A stretch of DNA of 64,000 nt from Octopus sinensis. Lineage: Eukaryota. Below, in pieces: positions 12,026 through 24,768 of the stretch. The notes beneath the pieces are model-generated. The model was not told where the DNA came from. It saw only the letters and a program-made list of their open reading frames with translations, and searched no databases. Each line of letters starts with the position of its first letter. Within the stretch, counting starts at the first letter, position 1. The translations under genes were made by a program, and so were the position numbers. The stretch covers positions 90,706,001 to 90,770,000 of the forward strand of contig NC_042998.1 in assembly GCF_006345805.1 (NCBI RefSeq), in the 5' to 3' direction.

Positions 12026-13152
12026 TGTAATGACACATCATCATCATTTAACGTGTTTTCCATGCTAGCATGGGTTGGACGGTTTTGACTGAGGGCTGGC
12101 AACCAGATGGCTGCACCAGGCTTGATCTGGCAGAGTTTCTACAGCTGGATGCCCTTCCTAACGCCAACCACTCCGAGAGTGTAGTGGGTGCTTTTCACAT
12201 GCCACCTGCACGGGGGCCAGTCAGGCGGTACTGGCAATGACCTCGCTCGAATCTTTTTACATGTGCCACCGACACAAGTGCCAGTGAAGTGACGTTGGTA
12301 ATGATCACACTCGAATGGTGCCCTTTTACATGCCATGGGTACGGAAGCCAGTTGGCTGCTCTGGCAACAATCACAACGATCACGCTCAGATGGTGTTCTT
12401 GGCATCCTACTAGCACAGGCATAAGTGACAGTAAGGTGATGATGGTAATGCTCATACTCGAATAGCCGCTCTGTCAACGATCACACTCGTATGGTGCTCT
12501 TTGCACCCTGCTAGCACGGATGCCAGTCATCGAAGTGATTTTGATTTGATTTCACTTGCCTCAACAGGTCTTTGCAAGCAAAGTTTAGTAGCCAAAGAAG
12601 GAAAAGCTACGCATAAGCGGGCTGGTTATGCTCCTGGCATAGGCCACGGGTTATGGTTTCATCTGGATTGCCGGGTCTTCTCGAGCACAGCATATTTCCA
12701 AAGGTCTTGGTCGCTTGGCCTCAGTCGCACCATCTTGGAAATCTCTAGCACACACACGCAGAGTTGGATTCTTCCGGAAGGCCTGCTGGAAGTTCCCTCA
12801 TGCGCATGCGCAGAAAACTAGCAGCAGCGAATTTTCCCTCGTATCGCTCTCTCGAATGCTGGCAGCTAAACAGGACAGTCGTGTTTTAGCAGCTCTCTCA
12901 AGCTGCTACCTTGTGGCGTTTCTCCGCTACGCTTGAATAGACAGGATTTGGCTCACTCCACTTGACTACTGCGACAAGCTCCTAGGCTGCCGATTCGCCC
13001 TGAAAGAAGAATGTATATATTGCAAATCCAGAAATAAAATATTTATGCTGTTGAAGTTAATCGGAAGTCTTGGCTCTTTCCTTCGATTAATATTTTAATG
13101 TAAAGGATGCAAGCTGCACCCATCCATTTCGGAGACCTCTCATCCTGTTACA
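12026..13152 (+). repeat. 3' LTR, interrupted after about 11 bp by an RTE 3'-end insertion
   Basis: 12026-12036 (tgtaatgacac) matches 5' LTR positions 1-11. 12731-13152 matches 6794-7215 colinearly (422 bp each). Confidence 0.9.
12037..12730 (-). mobile_element. 5'-truncated RTE LINE (last ~20 codons plus 3' UTR and (ATG)n tail)
   Basis: The minus strand encodes DQDLWKYAVLEKTRQ, matching the C-terminus of the RTE at 55985 (DRDLWKCAVREKTRQ). Shares its 3' tail gctagcatgggttggacgg. Confidence 0.8.
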
Positions 13153-13533
13153 GTCATATGGCCCAAGGTTGAGAACCACTGCTCTATACTAATCTAGTTC
13201 AACCTGCTGCCAAGCTGTGTAATTTACTTTTGACTCATTTATTCCTTATTGTTTATAATCAATAGGAATCAACAACCCGGACCAGCAATAACATAAATTC
13301 CTTTCAAAGATTAATCTAGAATTTCTTAAAGCGTGGCTGAGGCTCTTTTTCACCTTCTCCATTTAATACATTGGATTATTCATTGTTTGAGCTTATACTT
13401 ACACACGCACTCTTATTCTAGTAACATTTTATTTTGAATTTAAGAATATATTTAAACAATCTTAATATTATCATTACACACATTTTCGCTCTTTTTGTAT
13501 CCTTGTTGAAAATATTTTCATTTTTACTTGCAG

Positions 13534-13575
13534 ACACGGCTCTCCCTGCTAAACATTGAAATGTCAACATGCTGA
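13534..13575 (+). CDS. ABCA2: Probable terminal coding exon of the ABCA2-like gene (TRLSLLNIEMSTC*)
   Basis: Strong acceptor tttcatttttacttgCAG at 13533, phase 0 matching the 5678 donor, TGA at 13573-13575. The spliced tail EPDDISTSFDRLGTRLSLLNIEMSTC resembles my recollection of the human ABCA2 C-terminus, which needs an alignment check. Confidence 0.7.
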   Translation, partial: TRLSLLNIEMSTC

Positions 13576-14495
13576 TGCCAACTTCTGTGATATTCTGGGG
13601 GTGGGAAGGAATTGCAAGATTCCAGAACTGTATAATTCTTAATTCCATTCCATGTGCTGCCATTTATTTAAGATTTTTTTCCCTCTTTTTATTATTTAAA
13701 ATCTCTTCATATTTTACAATCTCCAGAACTTATTTATATCTATTTGAATGTATCTTATCTTGTTGATATCATTTATTTAAAACCCCCAAAAAAAAGAGAA
13801 ATTCTGAAAAAAAAAAACCTCAGTAACCTGTGAATGCCAACATAAACCTCTTCTAAACATTTGGAACTCTCTTAGGATTAATTCCTCAAACCATTGGGAT
13901 GTGACTGAATGGATTCGATCATGTTTTTTATAATGTTCAAGGAGGATTATTTTATTTCAGTTTTATCAACTCAAGAATTAAATTTCTTGTTGATACACCC
14001 CACCCCCCAAAAAATTGTTTTCACACTTAAAAAATTTTATTTATGCATTTGAATGAGTTATTTTTGTTCATTTGTCTATTACAAGAAAGCATTTTCAAAA
14101 GACAATGAAAACTAAAACCTTAAGATATGTAAAGTAGAACATGTATTGTCATACTAAGGTGAAAATAGTTATCCATGTACACTTTTAGGGGTTATTTTTT
14201 TAAAACTTGAAAGAAAAATAAACTGATTTTTAAAAACCTAACAAATTTTTTTTAATATATACATATATATTTTCTTGAATCTTTCATTAGAAGAATATTT
14301 CTTAAGAAATATTGCAATTAACAATACCTGATTACTTTTAATTGTATATTGTATCCATTGCCATAAATGTGTCATTAAATTGCTTTTATGCCTCCTTTAC
14401 ATTTTCATATGCATTTTGAATGAGGCCAGAGGATCAGATGTGTTATAATCATCTTGGGTGAAGGAAATAAAAAGAAATTTCTAGGTTGTCCATAA

Positions 14496-14541
<46 letters not shown>

Positions 14542-17500
14542 TATATATATCATGTGTGTGTGTGTGCTTGGTTGTTTATGTCTCTTGAAAGTCATAGTTT
14601 ATCAAAAACTGGAATATTATGAGCCACTCAGTTGGCTCATGTGATTTAATTAGTGCAAACCAATGCATTATAATGCTGCTGATTAGTCTGATATCAGGTT
14701 GAATGTTCAATGATTGGTGAATGTGTCTATCCTTATTCGAATATTTATTTCTTCTAAAATGTGAGACCTGTTATTATTTATTTTGGGTTGTCTGGTTTTT
14801 CTAATATTCCTAAATGGTAAGAATGAGGACCAGATTATCTATGAAATGTGCCTTAAAATATTATCAACCCCAACCTTTCATTTTTCTTTCTCTTGTTCTA
14901 CTTCATCTGTTAATCATTTTTTTTTTGTTTTTATAATTGGTGAAATTAATAAAATTATCATAGTTTTTATCATATCTTTCACTTGAAGATGAAGAATGTC
15001 ATTAGTATTTTCAATACTACATTTTCTTATTTCCATTTTTGTCTTTGAATTTTGTCACATCAAAAATTAAGATTGACCTCATGTATTTTTCATTCATTTG
15101 CAATATTATTCTAATTATTATCATTGATATCCAATTTGAGCTTTGACTCAACTTTTCATTTCTCCAGGGACTGATAAAATATATATCAGTAATATGCTGG
15201 TTGATTCAGCTTTGCATATATAATATTATCTTTGCCTCTAATCAAAAAAATATGAGTTACAATAGTAATAATAATTTATTTTTGTTTCTTTTTGAAAATA
15301 ATTTTAAAACACTAAAAAATGATAAAGCTGTGTGATAGCTAGTCCAGTAGTTGACTTTTTGGTAAATCCTAGAAGTCGCTGTCTGACAGATAGGTATTAG
15401 AAATATGAAAGCATTAATTTATACTCTTTATACTTCTGAACATTAAAGTTTATCATCCAAGAACTTCTTATGGTCATTTAGTTAGTGTGATTGAAGAAAG
15501 TGAAGTTTGTCACTAGACAAGTGATAATTTTCATCAGCTTGAGTCAAATCAAATAGAACCAAGACATTATTGTGTTCTATGAAATGTTAATATCTGACAT
15601 TTTAAGTGTGACCTTTCATGAAAGAATAAAAAGGAAATGTCAGATAACACTAGGTCACAAGTTTTCAGTGGTAAATAGGGATATTTACTAAAATATGATG
15701 GTTTGCATTTGAAATTATGTAGTTATGCTAAGACAAAAAGCAGATAGTATTCTTATTTCAGTGATATCCATCATCAGAAAAATGTAATAAAGAAGTAGTA
15801 AAGTATCTGAAAGAAGGTTATAAAAGTATTTGCTTTTGTTGGTGACAAAACTATTTACTTTCCTTAGAAAAGAGAAAATTATACCTTAGCTACTAGAATC
15901 ACTGTGTTGAAAAGTAAATTATTAAAAAAAAAAAATTTCTGATCCATTGTACATGCAATATGAAATATACTATGCAAAATGGTATGGGATTGACAAATGT
16001 CTTTTACCTAAGAAGTTAATGTTACCCAAAAGATATGAGGAGTAAATTAAGTACCATTAACTGGTGGTGAATAGTTCTAAACAGCTACTGAAGGAGATAA
16101 TTGGACTGACTTCAGAGATATTTGGCCATTTATTACATTAACTAGATCAGTGAAAAGTTATTTTTCAAAATCTACCTGATACATACCAATGTCACCCTTA
16201 AATTCACAGCAATAGATTGATAACATAAGTTAAGCTATGTAAAGAAAAATCACATTTAATTTTAATTATAACCATTTCTCATTTCTAAAGTACAATAGAG
16301 TTGGTACTAATTTGGGCTACCAACTTAATACTTTTGTGATTAGATCTGCTGCTGATTTGTTATTCTTGCAATGGACACTTAATTTTTGTGTCTCAGGAGG
16401 AGAGAATAGGTAATATTTTCAGATGTTTCTATCTGATTGGTGTATTTCATCTGTGATTCATATAGCATCATGAAACAAGGGTTAAACTTTAGTTGTTGGG
16501 CTTTAGAAAATGCTTATCTTTCTGTAATAGATTAGAATTGTATCAATGGATTGTTAAATTCTTTAATGCTTTTGTTACTATATTTCTGTTCCAGCACCCT
16601 ACCTTTGTTTTAATTTTAAAAATGAAGAATTTAGTAAAATAACTTATATAGGTTTTAGGAACATAAATTAACATGAAATTTTGCTGAAAGGCTTTAAATT
16701 TAGACCACTTTAAAAGAAGTTTGAATCTTGGAACCAGAGATGGTCTCAGGCTGATTGTTTCATGTTTTCTTTTGTTAAATACATGATTTGGTCAAAGTAA
16801 CAAATAGCTCTTTATGTATTATATTATTATCCTGGCCTGATCTAACACTAGTGATGGTATTACTGTAGTGATGAATGTTAGAAATGTATAATGGTCGTCT
16901 ACGACTAAATTGGATCCTTCTTAGGAAATATGTCAAAATCCATGCTTATTAGTAAAATATTTGTATTTCTTGATTCAGTGATTTTGTGTGTACCTGTGAA
17001 TGCAAGTGTGTTTCATTTCAATTTTGTGTATTGTTGTTGAGTTTGATGTGGGAATCAGCATCTTTGCCTACTTAAAAAACTAAAAAAAAAAGCAAAAAAC
17101 AAACTTAGTTGTATTATCTTGTGTTATCTTATTGTCTTCTTTAAACTTTGTCATACCTTTTACTAAATTACTCTTATTCACTAAACTAAATCATAAACTA
17201 AATGACTCTCATTCACGTTGTCTCTATATCAACCAATGGATATTAGATATCAAAGTTTTCAAAAAATTTCACCTTAACTTTCACTGCTAAATAGTTCTAT
17301 ATATTAAATTTTGTTTTATGAAATCTGACATGCAAGAAAAAATAGTTTCATTGAATTTTAAATGTTTCATATTTTTTACAAAACATATTTACTTTGTTTT
17401 AACATTCTGTTTGGCAAGTGTCCTGATTTCAGTTCCAATATGGAACTTTTTTTTAGTTATTTCTCTAATGATCTTGGGAAGATTACAAACACCACGATTT

Positions 17501-17959
17501 TCCTTTTCCTCCCACTTTAATCTTTAGATTCCACATTTAATAGAGGTATCAATGACTTGACAGTGAAATTTTAATCTCATATAGAGAACTGGACTCAATG
17601 TTTTTCAACTCAGAATCCCACCAAAGCTTCTTTGTTCTCCCTGGTACACAGGAATTGATAAGTACCAGTTACACAAGAGAGTGAACCTTACAACCCTGCT
17701 AAAAAGATTTTCCTTGTACCTCATCAAAAAAATCATTTGTATAATTTTTTGTCATGTAATCTGAATGGTTGTGATATAAAATGTAAGCCTTTTTTTAAAA
17801 TATTTTTCAGCCTTCACTATAATTAAGCCTTACATATCCTTTTATCATTCAACTGACTATAAGATAACTGGTATTTTTTTTTTTTTATTTAATGGTCAAT
17901 GGTATTCTCTTGATCTGGAATATTCTTTTCAATTCAACTATTTACTATTATTATTAAAA

Positions 17960-18170
17960 CAGTGAGCTGGTAGAATCATTAGCATATTGACCAAAATGCT
18001 TTGTGGCTTTCTGCCAGCTCTTCACATATTTCAAGTTCTGCCAAGGTCAACTTTGTCTTTTCTTTCAGAGCAAGTAAGATAAGTACCAGTTGAGCTCAGG
18101 GGTCAGTGTAATCAAGCTCCTTCCTCCAAAATTTCAGGTATTGTGCCTATATTAGAAAGGATTATTATTT
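17960..18170 (+). mobile_element. SINE, abundant family (gagctggcagaatcgttagc...gttctgagttcaaattc...ggtcgataaaataagtacc)
   Basis: The same consensus recurs at ~26495-26890 (two copies), 28838-29050 and 63638-63850 on +, and at 23050-23210, 46230-46530 and 52740-52990 on -. Confidence 0.75.
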
Positions 18171-21100
18171 AGGCTCTGCTGCTGGCGTTTGTCTAATTCA
18201 TACCTGTGTGGTAAAAATATACATTACAGATAAATATTGACAATAAATGGTTATTTTGAAAATATTACTTTTGTTTATTCACTTCTGATATTGGAATAGC
18301 ATTACAGGCTTATTATATTTTTTGTTTCTTTCTCAAAGCTCTTTCGTCACATGTCCTGTTATCTTTTCAGTGGTCTAAACAAAACAAGACGAGACACATG
18401 AGATAAAGAATTGCTGCTATCATTTACAGAATTCAATTTTTTTTTTCAACTATAGCTACATATCCAAGTCTTTCAAATAAAGTATATTCATATTGTCCCC
18501 TAAATTATTAAGACTCATTAAATAAAGTTATTTGATTTTTATCTGGACATCTTCAGTCCAAAATTGAAATTCTTTCATTTCACTTTTAAATATAACTTAA
18601 CTATTATGAATTTCTCTTGCAATAGAATTATTTTGATTTATATATTAAAAATCCATTTAGTTATGATTCTATTTTGAGTTCATCATGGTCCTTTGTTTCT
18701 TAATAGTTGTAACAATATTTCACTAATTGCTGATGTCCATCGATTGATCTCATTTCTTTTTTCCTTTAATTATCAGTCTAGAACCTAATGTTAAAAGAAA
18801 TATTTTCTCATTAAAACTATTTTTTGTCTTTGATCTCTACAATCTCTATATTCTATGCAACTTACAAACTGTTAAATACTATTATATACATTTTTTAGGG
18901 TAGATAAACTGATGTCATCAATTAATTTCAAAATGTATTATTTATAATTATGTTTAACAGCATTGGTATAAGAAAGCAATTAAGGTTCTTCTAAGGCTTT
19001 TCTTCACACCAAATTTATAATACTTGTCATCTAGATAATATTCTCTCTCTTTTTTTGTGTGTGTACGTTTATTCTATAAAATTGAAAAATACTTCAAATA
19101 ATATTGGATAAACTGGTAATTCTACAGGACTTATAAATTATTTAAATGTAGCTGGAAAATTAAATTGGTCAAATGGTTAAAGAACTTTTGGACCATAAGT
19201 TTATATTCTATTGATCTGTGCAATGTGGATTCTACTCAACACAGTTCACTGCAATAGGAAAAGGGGTGTCAAGCCCTATGAGGTGGAAGCTACTTGTAAA
19301 AATGACCAACATCATGTAGAGAGAGCTGTGTGTATTGTGTTTTAATGTTAGAAAACTGGAACTACTCACTAGTTCAGTGAATCCTTGGTGTTTGTGAAAA
19401 GATACTATTTCAACTATGGCTTTAAAATCATTTTTTAATTATTTATACTAAAATATTTACAGGGCCAGACCTAGGTCGGCATCTCTGGCAAGATGAATTT
19501 AAGCACCTTTTAAATGTACAACTTTTAATTTTCAGAAGAGAGGTGGGAAATGGTGAATGTCAGAATAAAATGTTTATTACAATACACAGGCTAAGGGAAT
19601 GAGTTCAAAGACAGCATCATCTTAAAGTCTTTCAATCAATATAAATTAGGTAGACAGAGAAACATCCACATTGCTAGCAATGTTCTCAACATATTTTTGT
19701 TACAAACATTTGAGTGGAGGATATATGGTGAAAGTTCAAAGATAGATCTTGAACTTCTTGTTGATGTAATGAATTTTTCTCTTAATAAAGTAAAATATAA
19801 ATAAAAGAACAGAAACTGAGAAAAGTGTTAACTATCCTAACTAAAACCATTTTTTTCCCTTGACTTTTGATCTGCAAATGTCTTATCACACCGTTGATAT
19901 CTTTTTCATATCATTTTCTATTGACAAAATTGCCAAAAATTTATTTCTTCTTTCATGGATGATTATAAATATGTTTACAAAAACTTTCCTTTCCCTTCAC
20001 CACAGTTATAGGTAAACAACACATGAGATGGAACACACATACACACCCCTAGGAACATGGTATCCCAAGTAATTGCTCTAGTAGCTGATGCTTTCAGCTG
20101 GTTCTTGCTATTTATATAAGTATGACCATCTAAAAATAAATTGCTATTTTGATAATGATGATTTTCCTATATGATTCACTTTAAAACATTTTGGCTTAAA
20201 GCTTTTCTTTTAATATTTGCAAACATCTTTTAAAATTTAATCTTTCTCATATTATTAAATGTATTTGCAATGTAGTATTTATCTTTGCATCACAGAGTAT
20301 TTGAAGAAGTGAGGATAATTTGAAACATTTACTTTTTGTAATATCTTACAAACTTTTGTTCTTGCATTCAAAATAGCTGTTTGTAATAGCAATAAACAAA
20401 ATTTAACTGTGCAAAAAAGTATCTTCTATTAGAATAGCTTCCACATTGCCTTTTGAAATCCATGGAAATATCTAAGGAAGTCAATCCTTTATAGATAAAA
20501 AAAAATTACACACACATTTATATATAAGTGTTAGTTTGAACAAAAAATTAGAGTACTTAATACAAATTAGGGTGTAAAACATACAAGAAAAATTACATAT
20601 GGGCTAACCGAATCAGCTAATTTTTCTACCATGAAACTCAGTCTTCAGCTTCTATGTGTAATATATATATTATTCATTTAATATCAAGGAAGAATTGATT
20701 TTGTTTCAAGTTATCTGCTAAGTGTAAGCAACTTAAAGCCTTGTAACAGTATTTTACTTTGATAAAAAGAAATAGATATTCCGTTTTTGGACCTGTCATC
20801 AGATTTTGTTGAAAATATTACCAAAGATTTATGACTAAAAACTTAGAATATAGTTTTGCCTTTTGTCTCTACTTCTAAATATATAATCATAAAATTCCTT
20901 CAGAGTAAGTTAAATATTGGCAATTCTATCATAATTTTAATATCATACAAGATATGTTTGTTCTTTGAATATAAACATTTGTCTCTTTTCAAATGTTAAC
21001 AATCAAGACAATAATCAACTGAGGGATAGATCCTAATTCTTAATGAACTTAATAAATATAAGTGAATTCTGTTTAAATCTTGGATTTTCATATGAATCTG

Positions 21101-22084
21101 TTATCACTTTTTCTTGGATTCTTGTTCAGAATATTTTTGTTTTTTGTTCATTTAATTTAAAACCATTTCTTTCTCTGTACAATTGTGTTTAGACACAGCA
21201 TGGCCAAATGGTTAAAGTGTTCACTTCACAATCACAAGGTTGTGTGTTTAATCTCACTGCAAAGCTTCTTGGACAAAAGTATCTTTTACCATTACCTTGG
21301 TTCAACCCAAGCTTTGTGAGTGAAATTGGGTTGATGGAAACTATGGATGCTCACCAGATGGATTGTACCTGTACTTCAAAGATACAGCATTAGCACACAT
21401 ACTGTTCCTGCTAATTCTCTTTTTCAAGGATTACATTAAAGGTACAAAATGCCCAACCACTTACATGCTAATTTGTGAGCAGGTAATTCAGTTGATCAAA
21501 CTGAACCTACCTCATCCAAACCAACAAAGATCCATTCATTTATTCACTTATGTACACTTAGTATCACTTGTATTTTCACTGAAAAATATTGGACTTGTGC
21601 ATATGACTAGCACTTTTTGTTTCATATTGCCATCATTTTTCTTATAATTTAGGGAATTATTCTTTAAATTGGTAACAATTCTGAGCAATATATGATATTC
21701 AGTCTCCTTAACTGAGGGAAATAAATTATTTGACAGCATTTATTGGCTTTGACTTCTCATAAAGTGTATTTTATGTACACTCACAAGGTTTGTTCAGTCT
21801 TTCATTCTACTTCTATCAACAACATTTATTCTAATCTGGGTATGTTCTTTTCAATTTCTCTATTTTTTTTTTTTTTTCTCTGTTGAATGTTCAGAAGTTT
21901 CCTCTTTTGTTGGATTTATTCATTCTTGTTATAAAATTATACTGAATCTAATTAAGAAATAAAATATTGAATATTCAGCTTGTTTCTTTACTTTTTTTCT
22001 TTTATTAAACAGATGCTATTCTATAAATTTCTTTATAGCCAAGATTCAATACCTTTTTTTTTTTTTTTAATTCTGTTTGTCATT

Positions 22085-22350
22085 TGACTCTGGCCAGACT
22101 GGGGCACTAGCTTGAATGGTTTAGTCAAATAAACACCAGTAGTTATTTTTCAAGTCTGGTACTTATTCTATTGATTGTCAAGTGGTTGGAAAATACACAT
22201 GCACTTATGATGGGCTTCCACATAGTTTCCATCTACTAAATTCATTCATAAGGCATTGGTTGGCCTTGGGCTGTAGTAGAAGACGCATACCCAAGGTGCT
22301 GTGCAGTTGGACCAAGCCTAAAATTACATGGTTACTAAGTGAGTTTCTTG
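22085..22350 (+). mobile_element. SINE, second abundant family (ggtacttattctat...tttccgtctaccaaatccactcacaaggc...gaagacacttgcccaagg)
   Basis: The same motifs recur at ~28440-28790, 31010-31130, 44220-44490, 46560-46920 and 53470-53640. Confidence 0.7.
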
Positions 22351-22464
22351 ATGATTCAACCATTCCTAGTGGTTATCAACAATGTTGGAACTGTGTTTGA
22401 GACCAAATCACTGGTCTGAAACATTTCGATAAAAAATAAAGGAAAAATTATTTTAATAGTTTAA

Positions 22465-22915
22465 CATGGGACAAGGTGGTGAAGCATGATCTTCAAATGT
22501 TGGGCCACACAGAGGCAATGACTAGAGTCCGAATCCTTTGGCAATATGCCATGCTTGAGAAGACCCATCAATGTGGCCGATGCCAGTGTTGTGTAACTAG
22601 CACCCATGCTGGTGCTATATAAAAAGCACATTTCAAGTGTTGGGCCTCACAGAGGCAATGACCAAGACCTTTGGTAATATGCCGTGCTTGAGTTGAAAAC
22701 CCATCAAGCCAAGTGAGATCATAGTCATGGCAGATACTGGTGGCATATAAAAGCATCCATTACTCACTTGGAGTGGTTGGTGTTACCAAGGGCATCCTGC
22801 TGTAGAAACAATGCCAAATCAGACTGGAGTCTGGTGCTGCCCCTCAGCTTACCAGCCCTGGTCAAACCATTCAACCCATGCCAGCACGGACAACAGACAT
22901 TAAATGAATATGATT
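22465..22915 (+). mobile_element. RTE LINE 3' end with a locally duplicated C-terminal segment
   Basis: Encodes WDKVVKHDLQMLGHTEAMT...MLEKT; gttgggc..cacagaggcaatgac occurs twice (~22499 and ~22639). Ends in the RTE-type tail. Confidence 0.7.
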
Positions 22916-23554
22916 ATCATATATGTTTATCAATGGCTACAACAACTTTGCCTATTATGTAATTACTTCACCACTATACATGGTCTCAGATCAAATACTT
23001 TGCTAGAAATCTCCTAAATAATGGTTTAAACAGCAAATAGTCTAAACCATTGTTCATAATAATAATGATTTCAAATTTTGGTGCATGGCCAGCAATTTTT
23101 GGGCGGTGGTGGATAAATCAGTTACCTCAACCCCAGTGTTTAACTGGTACTTATATTTAATGTCCTTGAAAGGTAAAGTCAACCTTGGTGGAATATTCAG
23201 ATTAGTAATAATAACTCCCCTGTTTTCAATTGTTGAGATATCTTTCTGTGATAATCTAATCAGAATCTGTATTACAGTAACAAAATATCACATAAATCAA
23301 GAGTTAACACTAAGTCTTAACTTCATCTGTCCAGTTGATCTTATCTAGATATTTACCATTCACTGTATAGCTTGGAGTAGAACATTATGTGTCAGTGATA
23401 GCTATAAAGTTTTTTATATATTTAGCATTTCATAGATGTTGGTATGGTTATATACTAAGGTTCCTTCCTCAGTCATATAGTTTGGGGTTAAATCAAGAGT
23501 CTTCTATAGCCTTAGGTCAACCAAGGCTTTGAGTGGATTTGGTAGACAAACTGT

Positions 23555-23936
23555 GAAATCGATCAATGGAAATTGCAGATGTGTTACCAGTGCCGGTGGC
23601 ATGTAAGAGAACCTTCCGTTTCGCGACCGTTGCCAGCACCACCCCGTTTCGTGTCCGTTGCCAGCCTCGCCTGGCCCTCATGCCGGTGGCACATAAAAAG
23701 CACCATCCGTTCGTGGCCGTTTGCCAGCTCTGTCTGACACCTGTGCGGGTGGCACGTAAAAAGCACCCACTACACTCTCGGAGTGGTTGGCGTTAGGAAG
23801 GGCATCCAGCCGTAGAAACACTGCCAGATTTGACTGGGCCTGATGAAGCCTTCTGGCTTCACAGACCCCAGTAGAACCGTCCAACCCATGCTAGCATGGA
23901 AAACGGACGCTAAACGATGATGATGATGATGATGAT
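23555..23936 (+). mobile_element. Young RTE LINE 3' UTR fragment with (GAT)n tail
   Basis: About 6 differences over ~380 bp from the reverse complement of 55376-55760. Confidence 0.9.
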
Positions 23937-24768
23937 ATACACTGGACCCGGAGGAATAGCAATCCCAGAGGCACAATCAGTGCCTGACCTAGGTATTTAC
24001 ATGAGTGATGACGCAACCTTTTGTGTACATGTTGCTAAATTGGCAATGAAATGTAGACGACTGGCCGGATGGATCCTCAGAACCTTTAGAACAAGAGAAC
24101 AAGAAACCATGATGGTCCTCTGGAGGACACTTGTCCTAAGCCACTTTGACTACTGCTCTCAGTTATGGTCACCATCCAGTGTCAAGTTGATCACAGAGCT
24201 CGAGGCGATCCAACGTAGCTACACGAAGAAGATAGCCTCTATGCAGAATGTAAGCTACTGGGAAAGACTCAAGAGATTAAAACTATATTCCCTGGAGCGT
24301 AGGCGGGAAAGATATGCCATAATATACATCTGGAAGATCCTGGAGGGACGTGTCCTGAACTTTGGCATCGAGAGTTACGCAAATGCCAGAACTGGGCGCC
24401 ACTACGTGGTGCCTAGGACTCCAAACTTGCCATCAAGATGTAGGACAAGATTCTGTGATAGCCTGGGCTTCCGAGGCCCACAGCTCTTCAATATCCTCCC
24501 GAAGAACCTGAGAGACCTGCATGGGGTGGATGCAGATGTCTTTAAAATGAAGCTGGATCTCTTCCTGTCAGGTGTCCCAGATGAACCAACTTCACGGCAG
24601 GAGGAGCAGATGAGGGCAGCTGCATCGAACTCTCTCATGCACCAAATGGCAGTTGCTAGAAAGCTTTCGTGAAGTGAAACCAAGTAGCAACACCAAATGG
24701 CGGTGCCCCAGCATGGCCACAGCTCATAAGCTGAAACTAGAATCAATCAATCAATCAATCAATCAATC
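23937..24768 (+). mobile_element. Young 5'-truncated CR1/L2-group LINE; uninterrupted 245-codon C-terminal ORF2 and (AATC)7 tail
   Basis: DLGIYM, LVLSHFDYCSQLWSP, LEAIQRSYTKKI, LYSLERRRERY and GPQLFNILP are CR1-group C-terminal motifs. Stop at 24672, tail at 24741-24768. Confidence 0.88.

Larger units (their letters stand above)
6783..13152 (+). mobile_element. Full-length but decayed Ty3/Gypsy LTR retrotransposon
   Basis: TG...CA LTRs, 4-bp TSD GTCA (6779-6782 and 13153-13156), PBS, PPT, and gag-PR-RT-RH-INT order with many frameshifts and stops. Confidence 0.95.
6299..13181. mobile_element. hAT (Charlie-like) MITE, about 265 bp of its own sequence, split by a SINE and a Gypsy element
   Basis: TIRs CAGTGGTAGTCAACC (6299-6313) and GGTTGAGAACCACTG (13167-13181). 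8-bp target duplication TTCTATAC (6291-6298) / CTCTATAC (13182-13189), the length typical of hAT elements. Confidence 0.8.

Noticed and set aside
16397-16409. 13-nt AG...GT microexon candidate
   Set aside because: Weak donor (GTAATA), not a multiple of 3, and downstream of the ABCA stop.
13576-21200. Apparently TE-free tract suggesting a 7-kb 3' UTR
   Set aside because: It does contain MITE and SINE remnants (~16550-16770, 17580-18170), and AATAAA is too frequent in this composition to place a poly(A) site without RNA data.
23839-23870. CTGATGA plus hairpin in the RTE 3' UTR as a hammerhead
   Set aside because: No GAAA follows the hairpin and there is no stem III or cleavage triplet.
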